36,743 bases of DNA from an uncultured Nitrososphaera sp. (GCA_964464485.1 CAYXGH010000001.1:1370-38112), one strand, 5' to 3'; positions 1-10,312 are shown, numbered from the stretch's first letter. Made by a program: numbers and translations. Notes: generated from the sequence alone by a model not told the origin.

Positions 1-671
1 TGAAATGGTTAGAATCTCTTCCTTGGATAGTGAGGTACTCAGACACTTCATATGTGATACGTCCGGATAGACCCATCAACAGACAGGAGAAGGATCATTG
101 TATCTATATTAGGACATGGAATCCAAAAACTAAAAATTTCCCATGAAGGTGTGGATCCGTGTTGGTATGAATATCCCTATCTGTACTCATCACAGAGGCA
201 TCATTCTCCTCCTTCAATAAAGATCTTTTTCGAACACCAGCGACATGATAAGGCATGGGTCTCTCACTGGGCATGCGCATTGGATGGTGGTGTAGTATTT
301 GGTGGAACATTACAAGCATATGTGGAGAACAAAGGAATTCTAGAGATCAATGCCAAAAGAGCCTATGAACTGAACTAAGAAAAAAGGCATTCATCATCTA
401 CAGTTGCAGTTTGGTTTATTACCAAAAGAATTGAAGAAGATTATGACCAGAACTAGGATATTATGTCAGAAGCTGTGTCTCAAATGAGAGTTTTTACTAT
501 TAAGTATGGATTGTAAAGGTTAACATTTTGTCTCAGAGACCTCTTCTAGCTGGTAATGTAATTCTAGTGTTACGTACACCACTTTATCACTTTTCTTAGC
601 TGACCAGCAATGCCCTTATACTGAGTGCGGTTGATAACGTATTGAGGATTACCAAAGTTATTTTGAACAAC

Positions 672-1091
672 TTAGGAGATTTCATCTTTGATCTTTTGTG
701 CTATTTTAACTATGTCTTCCTGAGAGGCAACTCTCCTGGAAGGCCATTTTCCGTCCGGGCTATCATCATGAAACCGGGGGACAATGTGAACGTGTACGTG
801 TGGGACAATCTGGTTTGCAGCTATTCCGTTGTTCTGGCCAACATTGAAGCCATCAGCCTTTACGGCTGATGTTATTGCCTTAGCAATTGTGGGTACCAAA
901 GAATACAATTTGCCTACTTCTGCAGGAGGCATTTGGAGCAATGTATCATAATGCTTTGTCGGCATCACCAGGGCATGGCCCGGGTTGATTGGATATTTGT
1001 CCATAAGGGCTAAAAAGACGCTATCGCGGTGGATCTGCACGCAGGGCTCTTGTCCGGCTATTATGGAGCAGAAGATGCAAGGTTTGCTCAT
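672..1091 (-). CDS. HIT (histidine triad) family nucleotide hydrolase
   Basis: N-terminal CIFC, YPINPGHALV and HVHVHIVPR triad motif; start moved from 1148 to the ATG of MSKPCIFC at 1091. Confidence 0.93.
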   Translation of the reverse strand: MSKPCIFCSIIAGQEPCVQIHRDSVFLALMDKYPINPGHALVMPTKHYDTLLQMPPAEVGKLYSLVPTIAKAITSAVKADGFNVGQNNGIAANQIVPHVHVHIVPRFHDDSPDGKWPSRRVASQEDIVKIAQKIKDEIS

Positions 1092-1186
1092 GCTGTGCGT
1101 ATTAGCTTGTGAGTAGCTTGGTTGTTTATTTTTTGCTATCGGGCACATGAATTTTTAAATAGACCAAGGATCCGAGTTTTACATAG

Positions 1187-1375
1187 ATGGGCGAAACACT
1201 CGAGCTCGATAGCTTTGACATGACTTTCTCTTTCCGCTGCCCCAAGTGTGACTACTTGAATGAAGAGGTGCTTGCTAAGGATCTTTCAAGCGGTAATGCA
1301 GAATGCGGCATGTGCGAGACCGTTTTCAAGGTAGAAGGGATTGATGCTGTCAAGATAACGGCGACTCTTGAGTAA
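1187..1375 (+). CDS. Small zinc-ribbon protein (62 aa)
   Basis: CPKC...CGMC pair; ATG start about 25-30 bp after a TTTTTAAATA TATA-like box; fills the gap between HIT and ilvD. Confidence 0.7.
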   Translation: MGETLELDSFDMTFSFRCPKCDYLNEEVLAKDLSSGNAECGMCETVFKVEGIDAVKITATLE

Positions 1376-1415
1376 GTGAAAAATCTTAAAATATGCACCT
1401 GTATCGATAATTGCA

Positions 1416-3095
1416 ATGAAACTCGAGAGTAGAAAGGTGCTCGAGGGGCCAGAGAGGGCCCCGCATCGGGCAATGTACAAGGCGATGGGGCTGACAGATG
1501 AAGACTTGGACCGGCCCCTGGTAGGAGTATCTTCTACATGTAATGAGGCCACGCCCTGCAACATCCATCTTGGACGACTTGCCCAGAGTGCTAAACGCGG
1601 TGTAAAAGATGCAGGATGCACGCCAAGGGAGTTCACTGCTATTGCAGTTTCTGATGGCATTGCCATGGGCCATGAGGGCATGAAGGCCTCTCTTGTGAGC
1701 CGTGAAATAATCGCAGATTCTATTGAAGTAATGGTCAGAGCCCATCAGTACGACGGCGTAGTGGGTATATCAGGCTGTGACAAGAGCTTACCCGGGACAC
1801 TAATGGGTATGGGCCGGCTGAACCGACCCTCAATATTTGTTTATGGCGGAACTATCATGCCTGGTCTGTGGAATGGTAAGCAGGTAACAGTGCAGGATGT
1901 ATATGAAGCTGTGGGGGCATATGACGCCGGCAAGATGACATTGCAGGAACTCGTCAGCCTTGAAAACGTTGCATGTCCTAGCGCAGGGTCATGTGCTGGC
2001 ATGTATACTGCAAATACAATGGCCTCAATTAGCGAAGCGCTGGGAATGTCAATCCTTGGAAGCGCTTCTGCTCCAGCAGAGAGCGAAAGACGGCTCGAAA
2101 TCTGCTATAACACTGGCAAAGCCATAATGAACCTGGTTGAAAGCAACATCAGACCCCGCGACATCATGACCTTCGAAGCCTTTGAAAATGCAATTATGAT
2201 GGCGAATGCAATAGGCGGTTCGACCAATGCTGTGCTGCACCTCCTCGCAATAGCAAGGGAGGTAGGAGTAAAACTGAGGCTTTCAGACTTTGAAAGGATT
2301 CGCAAGCGCACTCCTCACATCGCAGACCTGAGGCCCGGTGGAATCTATATCATGGCCGACCTGGACAAGGCCGGTGGCGTCCCGGTAATACTCAATAGTC
2401 TGCTTAAGAAGAGTCTCTTAAACGGCAATGTATTGACAGTCAGCGGCAGGACCATGAAGCAAAATTTGGAATCCGTCAAGTTTAGCTTTGATATTGACAA
2501 TAAGGTAATCAGACATCTCGACAACCCAATCAAGCACGAAGGTACACTCAAGGTGCTTAAAGGCTCACTTGCACCCGAAGGCGCGGTAATGAAGCTTGCA
2601 GGAGTACAAAGCAAGAAATTTGTTGGCAGGGCAAGAGTATTTGACACAGAAGAGGACGCATTTGAAGCCGTATCAAAGCGCAAGATAGTAGAAGGTGACA
2701 TAATCGTGATCCGTTATGAGGGACCAAAAGGAGGACCTGGAATGCGTGAAATGCTGGCAGTAACCGCCGCTGTCGTAGGACAAGGGCTAGGAGAAAAAGT
2801 TGCGATGGTCACAGACGGGAGGTTTTCTGGAGCAACTAGGGGATTTATGATAGGTCATATTGCTCCTGAAGCGATGGTGGGTGGCCCAATTGCCTTAGTA
2901 AAGGAATATGATCAAATCATAATTGACATGCAAAAAAGCAGAATAGACCTCATGGTTTCGGAAGGCGAGCTAAGAAAAAGGATAAAGAAATGGAAGCCTA
3001 TCAAACCTAGCTATACTACAGGGGCTCTCGCAAAATACGCTTTGCTAGTCGAGTCTGCATCGGAAGGTGCAGTCATGGCCGCTACCAAGCGATAA
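1416..3095 (+). CDS. ilvD: Dihydroxy-acid dehydratase
   Basis: [46 protein letters not shown] and TDGRFSG motifs. Confidence 0.97.
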   Translation: MKLESRKVLEGPERAPHRAMYKAMGLTDEDLDRPLVGVSSTCNEATPCNIHLGRLAQSAKRGVKDAGCTPREFTAIAVSDGIAMGHEGMKASLVSREIIADSIEVMVRAHQYDGVVGISGCDKSLPGTLMGMGRLNRPSIFVYGGTIMPGLWNGKQVTVQDVYEAVGAYDAGKMTLQELVSLENVACPSAGSCAGMYTANTMASISEALGMSILGSASAPAESERRLEICYNTGKAIMNLVESNIRPRDIMTFEAFENAIMMANAIGGSTNAVLHLLAIAREVGVKLRLSDFERIRKRTPHIADLRPGGIYIMADLDKAGGVPVILNSLLKKSLLNGNVLTVSGRTMKQNLESVKFSFDIDNKVIRHLDNPIKHEGTLKVLKGSLAPEGAVMKLAGVQSKKFVGRARVFDTEEDAFEAVSKRKIVEGDIIVIRYEGPKGGPGMREMLAVTAAVVGQGLGEKVAMVTDGRFSGATRGFMIGHIAPEAMVGGPIALVKEYDQIIIDMQKSRIDLMVSEGELRKRIKKWKPIKPSYTTGALAKYALLVESASEGAVMAATKR

Positions 3096-3153
3096 AGGTT
3101 TAAATTTTATTTTTACTGCAGACTCAATTATAGGTAGGGAAATATGAGCAAGA

Positions 3154-4542
3154 GTGATTGCTTTTGGTCATCTCATAGGTAGTTCAGTCCAGATACAGAA
3201 GCTCACCACTTCTGAAAACCAGTTTCAACTTTTTAGGAAGCTCTACTTCCTTTACCAAAGAGTCTTCATCTTCGAGTCGCTCATTGGGCCCGAAGAGCTA
3301 GCTGAAATGTCTGTCATTGGCTTTGACCCCAAACTGATTGTAAGATGCGACTCTAATAATTTCAAGGTTAAAGATAGGAGCGGAAGAATTCTGCAAAGCT
3401 CGCCGACAAAAGAACCACTATCGAGCCTCCGTGAGTTAATGCCCAAAGTGAATGATGATCGTTTTCGCTACGTTGGTGGCGCAGTAGGATACATCAATTA
3501 CGACGCTATCCGGTTCTGGGAGCATTTGTCAATTAACAACAAAAAAAAAGCTAGCAACTTTCCGCTGCTAGAATTTGGCATCTATGATGACGGCATACTC
3601 TTTGACCACAAAGAAAACCAAGCTTACTATTTTTTCCTTGGAAAATCGCGGCTAGAGCAAATCGAGTACAAGATGGCCCGGGTGAAAAGCCAAGCTGCTA
3701 GGCTCTCATATTCGACGCCAAAGAGAAACATGACCAAAAAAGACTTTGTAAAAATGGTGAGGAAGGCGAAGCGCTACATATATGATGGTCACATTTTCCA
3801 AGTAGTGCTTGCAAAAAGCATGCAGTTTAGGGTCAAGGGCAACCTTATTGGTCTGTACGCTAAGCTTCGAGAAGTAAACCCCTCGCCATACATGTATATG
3901 CTAAAAATGTCTGACAGGTGCATAATAGGCTCAAGCCCTGAAATGCTCATTCGTATCACAAAAGACTATATCGAGACGTTCCCTATCGCAGGCACAAGGC
4001 AGATACTGCGGGATGAAAAGAAGAACGAAGAGTTGCGTCAAGAATTGCTCGAGGACGAAAAGGAGATTGCTGAACATACAATGCTTGTCGATCTAGCAAG
4101 AAATGACATAGGAAGGGTCTGTGAATTTGGCACGGTTAAGGTTAAAGAGTTCATGACTGTCAAGCGGTTCAGTCATGTGCAACATATTGTCTCTCACGTA
4201 GTGGGTAGATTGCACAAAAATTTTGATTCGTACAATTCTGTCAAAGCTGTCTTTCCAGCTGGCACTGTGTCAGGCGCTCCTAAAGTTCGTGCAATGCAAA
4301 TAATAGATGAGCTCGAGCCTTCGCCTAGAGGACCTTATGCTGGCGCCATAGGTTATTTTTCATTTAATGGCTCATGCGACTTTGCAATAACGATAAGGTC
4401 TCTATTTGTGAATGGCAGCAAGGCATATATCGAGTCAGGAGCAGGCATCGTTATTGATTCCGATCCCGATCTTGAATGGGCAGAAACGGAGCATAAGGCA
4501 AATGCCATACTTTCTGCTCTAAAGGGAGCAGCATCCGACTAA
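3154..4542 (+). CDS. trpE: Anthranilate synthase component I (chorismate-binding family)
   Basis: FES, NPSPYM, GSSPE, PIAGT, EHTMLVDLARND, FPAGTVSGAPK and GAGIV motifs; GTG start. Confidence 0.85.
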   Translation: MIAFGHLIGSSVQIQKLTTSENQFQLFRKLYFLYQRVFIFESLIGPEELAEMSVIGFDPKLIVRCDSNNFKVKDRSGRILQSSPTKEPLSSLRELMPKVNDDRFRYVGGAVGYINYDAIRFWEHLSINNKKKASNFPLLEFGIYDDGILFDHKENQAYYFFLGKSRLEQIEYKMARVKSQAARLSYSTPKRNMTKKDFVKMVRKAKRYIYDGHIFQVVLAKSMQFRVKGNLIGLYAKLREVNPSPYMYMLKMSDRCIIGSSPEMLIRITKDYIETFPIAGTRQILRDEKKNEELRQELLEDEKEIAEHTMLVDLARNDIGRVCEFGTVKVKEFMTVKRFSHVQHIVSHVVGRLHKNFDSYNSVKAVFPAGTVSGAPKVRAMQIIDELEPSPRGPYAGAIGYFSFNGSCDFAITIRSLFVNGSKAYIESGAGIVIDSDPDLEWAETEHKANAILSALKGAASD

Positions 4543-4794
4543 CAGGATTTTTGCTCAATCAGTCAAAGCATATCTTGTACTGTTCATTGATTTTGCACTC
4601 TATTGAATTGAAAAAAGAGGATAATTTAGACAGCCATCGATAAGTCTAACTAGAGACTATACATATAGTATCATTTTGAATAAGGAGGTAATAAAGTCCC
4701 AACAATACTATTAATAGTAAATTATCATCTTAATACCATCAATATAGTAATAAAGTCATTGGCATTCTCTTTTTTGATACAAATAGAAAAAGTC

Positions 4795-6135
4795 CTAGTG
4801 GCTTGTCGGTGGCCTTGCAAACATATTGTCTACATTTATATGATATTCTACTGCAAGTGCAGGATCTTTCTGCCTTCCGGTAAGGATGCCAACCACCACA
4901 TCATCCTTCTCCATTAGCTCTTCACTGCGGAGCTTTCTAACACCTGCTGGAACTGCGCCTGATGCCATTTCGCAGTCAAAGCCATTTAAACCAACAATTG
5001 ACATGCCATCGCTCATTTCCTTGTCACTCACTTGTACTACTACACCATTAGTAAAGTCTAGGGCGCGCAGCGCCTTGACAATATTGGCAGGTCTACCTAT
5101 CTGAATCGCAGTTGCATGGGTCTTTGGCCTGATTCCTTTATGGTCTAAGTCAGCATAATAGCGGTCAATGATTGCTAGATCTGGCCTGCCACCGTTCCAT
5201 CTTAGAGGCTTGTCTTCAAAGAATCCATTGTACAGTCTGTATAATGCGTTTGCTCCCTCTGCATTCACTACTACCAGCCGTGGAATTTTCTTGATCCAGC
5301 CCCATTCATAGAGCTCGATCAAGCATTTTCCGCAGCTCGATGTGTTACCTAGAGCTCCACCCGGATACACTATCCAATCCGGGGGGTTCCAGTCAAGGTA
5401 TTCAAGGACCCGGTAAAGGATGGTCTTTTGACCCTCCAAGCGGAATGGATTGACTGAGTTGACTGTGTATCCCCCGGTTTCTTTAGCGTTTCTAAGCGAA
5501 GCAGTAAGAGCGTCATCAAAATTTCCTTGCACTTGTATTACCTGCGCGCCAAACTGGAAGGCTTGTCCGAGCTTGCCAGGAGCAATTTCGGCTCTTGGAA
5601 TGTAGACGTCACATGCCATATTTTCGTTTGCAGCATACATTGCTGCAGAAGCTGAAGTGTTGCCAGTGGAGGCGCAAACTATCCTTTTGACACCAAGTAT
5701 TTTTGCATGTGTCATCGCAGTCGACATGCCGTTATCCTTAAACGAGCCTGATGGATTGTATCCTTCTGGCTGAAGAAATAATGAATTATGGTCCATGCCT
5801 GCATACTCAGCTACCTTGCTCATTTTGTAAGGTTTCGAAAGGCGGCCTTCAGAGCCGTCAAGCGACACTAGCAAGCGCGCGCATTCTTCAAAGTCTTCTG
5901 TGTCTATACCGGCAAAATTGATTAGTTCGCGAAAGCGCCATACTCCGCTTTCGTTGTAAATGTTGCCTTCATGATCCCTACGCTGGTAGAACTTTTCTAT
6001 TAAATCCTGGCTTTGCTTCTCACTATACTTTATGTCGAGAAGCGAGCCACAGGAGCATCTGTAAATATCATTGTTAATCTCATGAGTTAAACCGCAAGAG
6101 GGATTGATGCATTTTTTGACAGCAATTGCATCCAT
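4795..6135 (-). CDS. thrC: Threonine synthase
   Basis: NPSGSFKDNG PLP-lysine motif, CASTGNTSAS, NSVNPFRLEGQKT; N-terminal Cys ribbon. Confidence 0.93.
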   Translation of the reverse strand: MDAIAVKKCINPSCGLTHEINNDIYRCSCGSLLDIKYSEKQSQDLIEKFYQRRDHEGNIYNESGVWRFRELINFAGIDTEDFEECARLLVSLDGSEGRLSKPYKMSKVAEYAGMDHNSLFLQPEGYNPSGSFKDNGMSTAMTHAKILGVKRIVCASTGNTSASAAMYAANENMACDVYIPRAEIAPGKLGQAFQFGAQVIQVQGNFDDALTASLRNAKETGGYTVNSVNPFRLEGQKTILYRVLEYLDWNPPDWIVYPGGALGNTSSCGKCLIELYEWGWIKKIPRLVVVNAEGANALYRLYNGFFEDKPLRWNGGRPDLAIIDRYYADLDHKGIRPKTHATAIQIGRPANIVKALRALDFTNGVVVQVSDKEMSDGMSIVGLNGFDCEMASGAVPAGVRKLRSEELMEKDDVVVGILTGRQKDPALAVEYHINVDNMFARPPTSH

Positions 6136-6182
6136 ATTATTGGAGCCTTCTGATTGTTATTTAGACGTTGTTCTAGATGCTG

Positions 6183-6446
6183 CTACTTTTTGGTGGCTTT
6201 TTCATACATTTTCAGTAGCTGCTGGATGACACCATCCATGTCGTCCTCCCTTACTTCCGGCGAAACTGCATGTTTAAGTAAATTACTTACAGTGTTGGAG
6301 ATCTCAGAACTCACTTCGTCAAAGCTATCCACGTCACTATAGCTCTGTTGATAAAGCCTCCTCAATCGCATTGCATACATGTGTGTCTGTTCATTCATTG
6401 TGACGTCATAGCTGCGATTGTTGACCTTTATCTTCTCCTTTATCAT
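6183..6446 (-). CDS. Hypothetical protein (87 aa)
   Basis: Clean ATG ORF co-oriented with thrC, with a TTTTTAAAG TATA-like box upstream on the minus strand. Confidence 0.75.
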   Translation of the reverse strand: MIKEKIKVNNRSYDVTMNEQTHMYAMRLRRLYQQSYSDVDSFDEVSSEISNTVSNLLKHAVSPEVREDDMDGVIQQLLKMYEKATKK

Positions 6447-6526
6447 GTTCTACACCTAACCAGACTATAGCCTTTAAAAACCTGTCTACCTTATAAGTTC
6501 ACAACAGCGAGACAAGATTATAAGTT

Positions 6527-6560
6527 TTGTAACCATTGATCCCTGTTACCACGGTTACAA
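6527..6560. promoter_or_regulatory. Putative operator, inverted repeat TTGTAACC-N18-GGTTACAA
   Basis: Perfect 8-bp arms plus an internal third half-site TGTTACCA, in the divergent promoter region upstream of the ESCRT-III gene. Confidence 0.45.
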
Positions 6561-6627
6561 GTAGCTGGAATACAATACTACTTTTATGGTGTTAATGCCA
6601 TGATGGCTGGGTGCTATAGTAATAGGA

Positions 6628-7278
6628 ATGCCATTTGATAACAGGTGGATAAAGCCACAAGGAGAAAGCGTTGGTCACAAATTGCTTGAGGGCATCAAGC
6701 CACAAGCACCACTGAAGCCAAGGATAGAAGAAGCACAGAAAAAGTTGCATATGCAGATCGCGAGGCTGGATGCAATAGCCTCAAGGATGCAAGAAAAAGA
6801 TAAGCTAATTTTCAAGCGAGTAGTGCTTGCGATGCAGAGTCACGATTCTTCGCATGCAAAGATCTTATCAGGAGAGCTGTCGCAGATCCGAAAGATGAAC
6901 AAGATGGTCACGTCAGCAAAGCTAGCTTTAGAACAGATACAGCTTAGGCTCAACACAATGACAGAGCTTGGAGACGTAGTGGTAACTCTGAGCCCCGCAA
7001 TGTCAGTCATAAAGGGATTGCAAAGCGGATTATCAGGAATGATGCCGGAAGCAGATCAGTCATTTGGACAAATATCCGAGCTGCTTGGAAACATTATGAC
7101 AGACTCAGGACAGATACCGAACAGCGAAATTGCAAACTTCAACACAATAAACGAAGACACGGCACAGATAATGGAAGAAGCCAGCACGGTAGTAGAAATG
7201 AACATGAAGAACAAGTTCCCAGATTTGCCTTCTCCAAACCTGGCAGCTGCAAAGAACTTAGAGGCAACAAGCTACTAG
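6628..7278 (+). CDS. Snf7/ESCRT-III (CdvB-family) cell division protein
   Basis: Helical coiled coil with KLALEQIQLRLNTMTELGDVVVTLSPAMSVIKG and C-terminal KFPDLP, typical of thaumarchaeal CdvB paralogues; the specific paralogue cannot be assigned. Confidence 0.9.
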   Translation: MPFDNRWIKPQGESVGHKLLEGIKPQAPLKPRIEEAQKKLHMQIARLDAIASRMQEKDKLIFKRVVLAMQSHDSSHAKILSGELSQIRKMNKMVTSAKLALEQIQLRLNTMTELGDVVVTLSPAMSVIKGLQSGLSGMMPEADQSFGQISELLGNIMTDSGQIPNSEIANFNTINEDTAQIMEEASTVVEMNMKNKFPDLPSPNLAAAKNLEATSY

Positions 7279-7288
7279 ATCTAGCCCA

Positions 7289-7636
7289 TTAGCTCTCTCT
7301 ATATTTTTTGCTTGCTATTTTTTGAACTTGTTTTTTTATCCTAGATATTGTGGGGTAGCTATAACCTTTTTCCCTGTAAGTCTTGATCATGGCCTTCCAA
7401 TTATTTAGCCGCCAATTTGCTTGATGCTCTGTGAGCGAGAGCGTTTCTCTTTTCACGAGACTCTTTCGCCCCGGCATCAAATACCCGCCGCTTTCAGCCA
7501 CATAGCGGCTATATGCAAAGCGCAGTCCAAAGAGCAGGTCATTAGGGGGAAGCGATCTAATATACAGCACAATTTCTCTACTTTGCTCTTCTGACAGGTC
7601 TAGCTTGAACATAAATTCCCTTACAGGCATATGCAT
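7289..7636 (-). CDS. Hypothetical protein, basic, possible C-terminal HTH-like segment
   Basis: ORF probably starts at MHMPVREF (7636) or MPVREF (7630) after a TTTTAAAG box; the longer 7729 start overlaps bioF; C-terminal YREKGYSYPTISRIKK. Confidence 0.7.
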   Translation of the reverse strand: MHMPVREFMFKLDLSEEQSREIVLYIRSLPPNDLLFGLRFAYSRYVAESGGYLMPGRKSLVKRETLSLTEHQANWRLNNWKAMIKTYREKGYSYPTISRIKKQVQKIASKKYRES

Positions 7637-7665
7637 CGGCAGTACCCATTCTGTCTTTAAAATGT

Positions 7666-7691
7666 TATTTCTAAACTCGAATTTAGAAATA
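7666..7691. repeat. 26-bp palindrome copy 1 (TATTTCTAAACTCGAATTTAGAAATA)
   Basis: 25/26 identical to copy 2; 3 bp downstream of the bioF stop. Confidence 0.9.
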
Positions 7692-7694
7692 TTT

Positions 7695-8858
7695 CTATAA
7701 GATGCCTGTCTTTTTGCCCGCTCTTTCAAATGCCGCTACCGCAGAATCCAAGTGTTCTTGGCGGTGCATGGCATTCAGTGAAATTCTGAGGCGAGCATGA
7801 CCCTTTTTCACCGTCGGATACCGAATTGCTTGAGCAAAAACGCCCTCCTCTAGCAGCTCTTTAGACAGCTCTAGGGCCTGTACTTCTTTACCTACTATGA
7901 TTGGAATTATCTGGCTTGTAGAGTTTCCAAGTTTAAATCCCAGCCTTTTGATTGTCTCTGAAAAATAGAGGATATTCCATTGAAGCCTCTTTTGCAAATG
8001 TCCACTCTTTGCTATTGGAATAGCGGTAATTGCTGCAGAGCATAGGTGGGCAGGTAGGGCGGAAGTATAGATAAATTGCCTTGATGTATTGATCAACAGT
8101 TCTCTAATGGGGAATGTAGTGGCTACATAGCCTCCAAAGCAACCCAACGCCTTACTCAGACTGCTGACATGGATGTCAAAGTTTACTCCCATTTTAGCTG
8201 GCATGCCTGAAAAGGTGGGGCCAAAGATAAAGTCACCATGTGCATCGTCAATGATGGTTATTGCATCATGATGGTCTGCTATGCTCTGTATTTCTGATAG
8301 GTTTCCCATATCCCCGTCCATGCTAAAGATACCTTCCGTTATCACAATTTTTCTGCCTGGGCTGCGCTGCATTAGTTCTTCTAAATGATCGGTGTCATTA
8401 TGCCGGAAGATGACAATTGTTGCACCACACAGCCGGCATGCATCCACTATGCTAGCATGGTTCAGCTCATCGCTAAATATCGTCGAGTTCTTGTCTGCAA
8501 TTGTCGTTATTACGCCCAAGTTAGCAGTGTAACCTGTAGGATATAGAAGGGCTGATTCTGTCCTACGGTGGTATGCAAGCAGACCTTCAAGCTCGATGGT
8601 TTTTGGATGGTTGCCTGCAATTAACCTTGAGCCACACTGTGATACTTCTTCACTCAGTGCCGTAATAGTTTTCTTGATTACTTGCTTGTTTTGAGAGAGC
8701 CCGAGATAGTCATTGGAGCAAAGATTGATGACCTCCTTGCCGTCGACATTGGCCGTCGGACCCCTAGCAACCACGGTCCTAAGACGACGATATAACCCAC
8801 TCTTTTCAAGAAAATCAAGTTGATCCTTAACGAAGGTGGTCTTATGGCTTGAGCCCAA
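7695..8858 (-). CDS. bioF: 8-amino-7-oxononanoate synthase
   Basis: CSNDYLGL, GSRLIAG, SDELNHASIVD, EGIFSMDGD, DDAH, SLSKALG, AIRYPTV. Confidence 0.95.
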   Translation of the reverse strand: MGSSHKTTFVKDQLDFLEKSGLYRRLRTVVARGPTANVDGKEVINLCSNDYLGLSQNKQVIKKTITALSEEVSQCGSRLIAGNHPKTIELEGLLAYHRRTESALLYPTGYTANLGVITTIADKNSTIFSDELNHASIVDACRLCGATIVIFRHNDTDHLEELMQRSPGRKIVITEGIFSMDGDMGNLSEIQSIADHHDAITIIDDAHGDFIFGPTFSGMPAKMGVNFDIHVSSLSKALGCFGGYVATTFPIRELLINTSRQFIYTSALPAHLCSAAITAIPIAKSGHLQKRLQWNILYFSETIKRLGFKLGNSTSQIIPIIVGKEVQALELSKELLEEGVFAQAIRYPTVKKGHARLRISLNAMHRQEHLDSAVAAFERAGKKTGIL

Positions 8859-9825
8859 TTTGTTTTATCATCGCAATGTCCTTTTTGGCGGTGTTTCCTC
8901 CCGTAGTCAGGTAGCCGCCGGTGATAATACCATTTGCTCCTGCCTTGAGAGCCAGTTTATCATTATGCTTCAGATGCACCTCCCGTCCACCAGCTATCTT
9001 GAGAATAGTTTTTGGCAGTATGAAACGCCACACTGCAATTGTCTTGATTGCCTCAAGAGGATCCATCGGCTTAAGACTCCCAAGTGGAGTCCCTTCTCTA
9101 CCTATCAGAATATTGATGGGAACTTCTTCAGGGTGGAGTGATGCAAGAGAGAAGGCTAGCTCTAGCCTCTGTTTAGGAGTTTCACCCATACCTATGATTC
9201 CCCCAGAGCACAACTGTAATCCTGCCTCCTTGACAATTTTCGCAGTGTTTACTCTGTCAGAGAAGTCATGCGTATTGCAGATATTAGAAAAATAGCTCTC
9301 TGCAGCTTCTAGGTTATGGTTGTAACGCTTGACTCCCAGCTTCTTTAGCTTTCTCGCCCTATCTAATGTTATAAACCCCAAAGAGACATTGACTTCGATA
9401 TCCAATTTGGATCTAATCTCTTCTATCGCTTCACAGATCTGTTGAAAGTCCTTCTCGGGCGGATCTCTGTAAGCACATACTAAGCAAAAACTTGTTGCCC
9501 CCCCTTCCTTGGCCTTTGCTGCCTTCTCGACCAACTCTTCTTTAGGCAATAAAGGATATTTGTTAATTCCAGTATTGTAGAACGAGGATTGTGCACAAAA
9601 TGAGCAGTCCTCTGGACACCTACCGGATTTTGCATTTACCAAGGCTTCGACATCTACCCTATCACCGTTAAACGTTCGAGTAATAGTATTAGCACAGTCA
9701 GCAAGCAGCATGATGTCATCGGTGCCAAGCAGACCCTCTGCTTCTTCAAAGGTGATTGAGACACCGGCGAGTACTTTCTCCGTACAACGCTGAAGGAAGG
9801 CCGAATCCGTCATAACATCAGGCAA
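8842..9825 (-). CDS. bioB: Biotin synthase (radical SAM)
   Basis: CPEDCSFCAQS, YNHNLE, CSGGIIGMGE, VPIN, AGGRE, GGYLTT. Confidence 0.97.
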   Translation of the reverse strand: MPDVMTDSAFLQRCTEKVLAGVSITFEEAEGLLGTDDIMLLADCANTITRTFNGDRVDVEALVNAKSGRCPEDCSFCAQSSFYNTGINKYPLLPKEELVEKAAKAKEGGATSFCLVCAYRDPPEKDFQQICEAIEEIRSKLDIEVNVSLGFITLDRARKLKKLGVKRYNHNLEAAESYFSNICNTHDFSDRVNTAKIVKEAGLQLCSGGIIGMGETPKQRLELAFSLASLHPEEVPINILIGREGTPLGSLKPMDPLEAIKTIAVWRFILPKTILKIAGGREVHLKHNDKLALKAGANGIITGGYLTTGGNTAKKDIAMIKQIGLKP

Positions 9826-9875
9826 GTCAGAGCCGGTAATTAAAATTTCTGTCCGAAAGCCTTATTCTAGGGAGC

Positions 9876-9901
9876 TATTTCTAAATTCGAATTTAGAAAT
9901 A
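9876..9901. repeat. 26-bp perfect palindrome copy 2 (TATTTCTAAATTCGAATTTAGAAATA)
   Basis: Perfect 12+CG+12 dyad, extendable by GAG/CTC after one mismatch; 50 bp upstream of the bioB start. Confidence 0.92.
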
Positions 9902-10312
9902 TCTCGTCACAGTTTGTATGCCGCGTATTCAGACCAAGAATTGAAATACTCTCCAATATGGAATCATGCAATGTCCTCTTAATTGTACAGCCACTGCATC
10001 GAACAATGATTCATTATCACTTCTAGTATCAGTCCAAAGCCTTTGGGCTCGTACACCTAATCAAAATAGGCCATTTTGACTTGCTGCCAGCAGCAGTCTC
10101 TGCTGTGATTCAAAAGATATTCGAGGAAAGAGGATCTTTTTTAAAGAAAAATCCATGTTTTATAAATCTAATAAGTTACATACTTTTTAAAAAACAAGGT
10201 TAAAGGGGGGCTCCGCACAGCCAAAAAGACCCAACGGTTGATAGATCATTTCTTGCTAGGTGTGGAAAGGAGAGATGACGCTTTTCGTTACATAATGGGA
10301 GATTGCAAAACA

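Noticed and set aside
7666-9901. Repeated 26-mers as a CRISPR array
   Set aside because: Copies are kilobases apart around intact genes, with no spacer periodicity and no cas genes.
9930-10156. Minus-strand frame (MDFSLKK...) interrupted by one TGA, possible readthrough gene
   Set aside because: No recognisable motif or SECIS-like context; explicable by chance in non-coding DNA.
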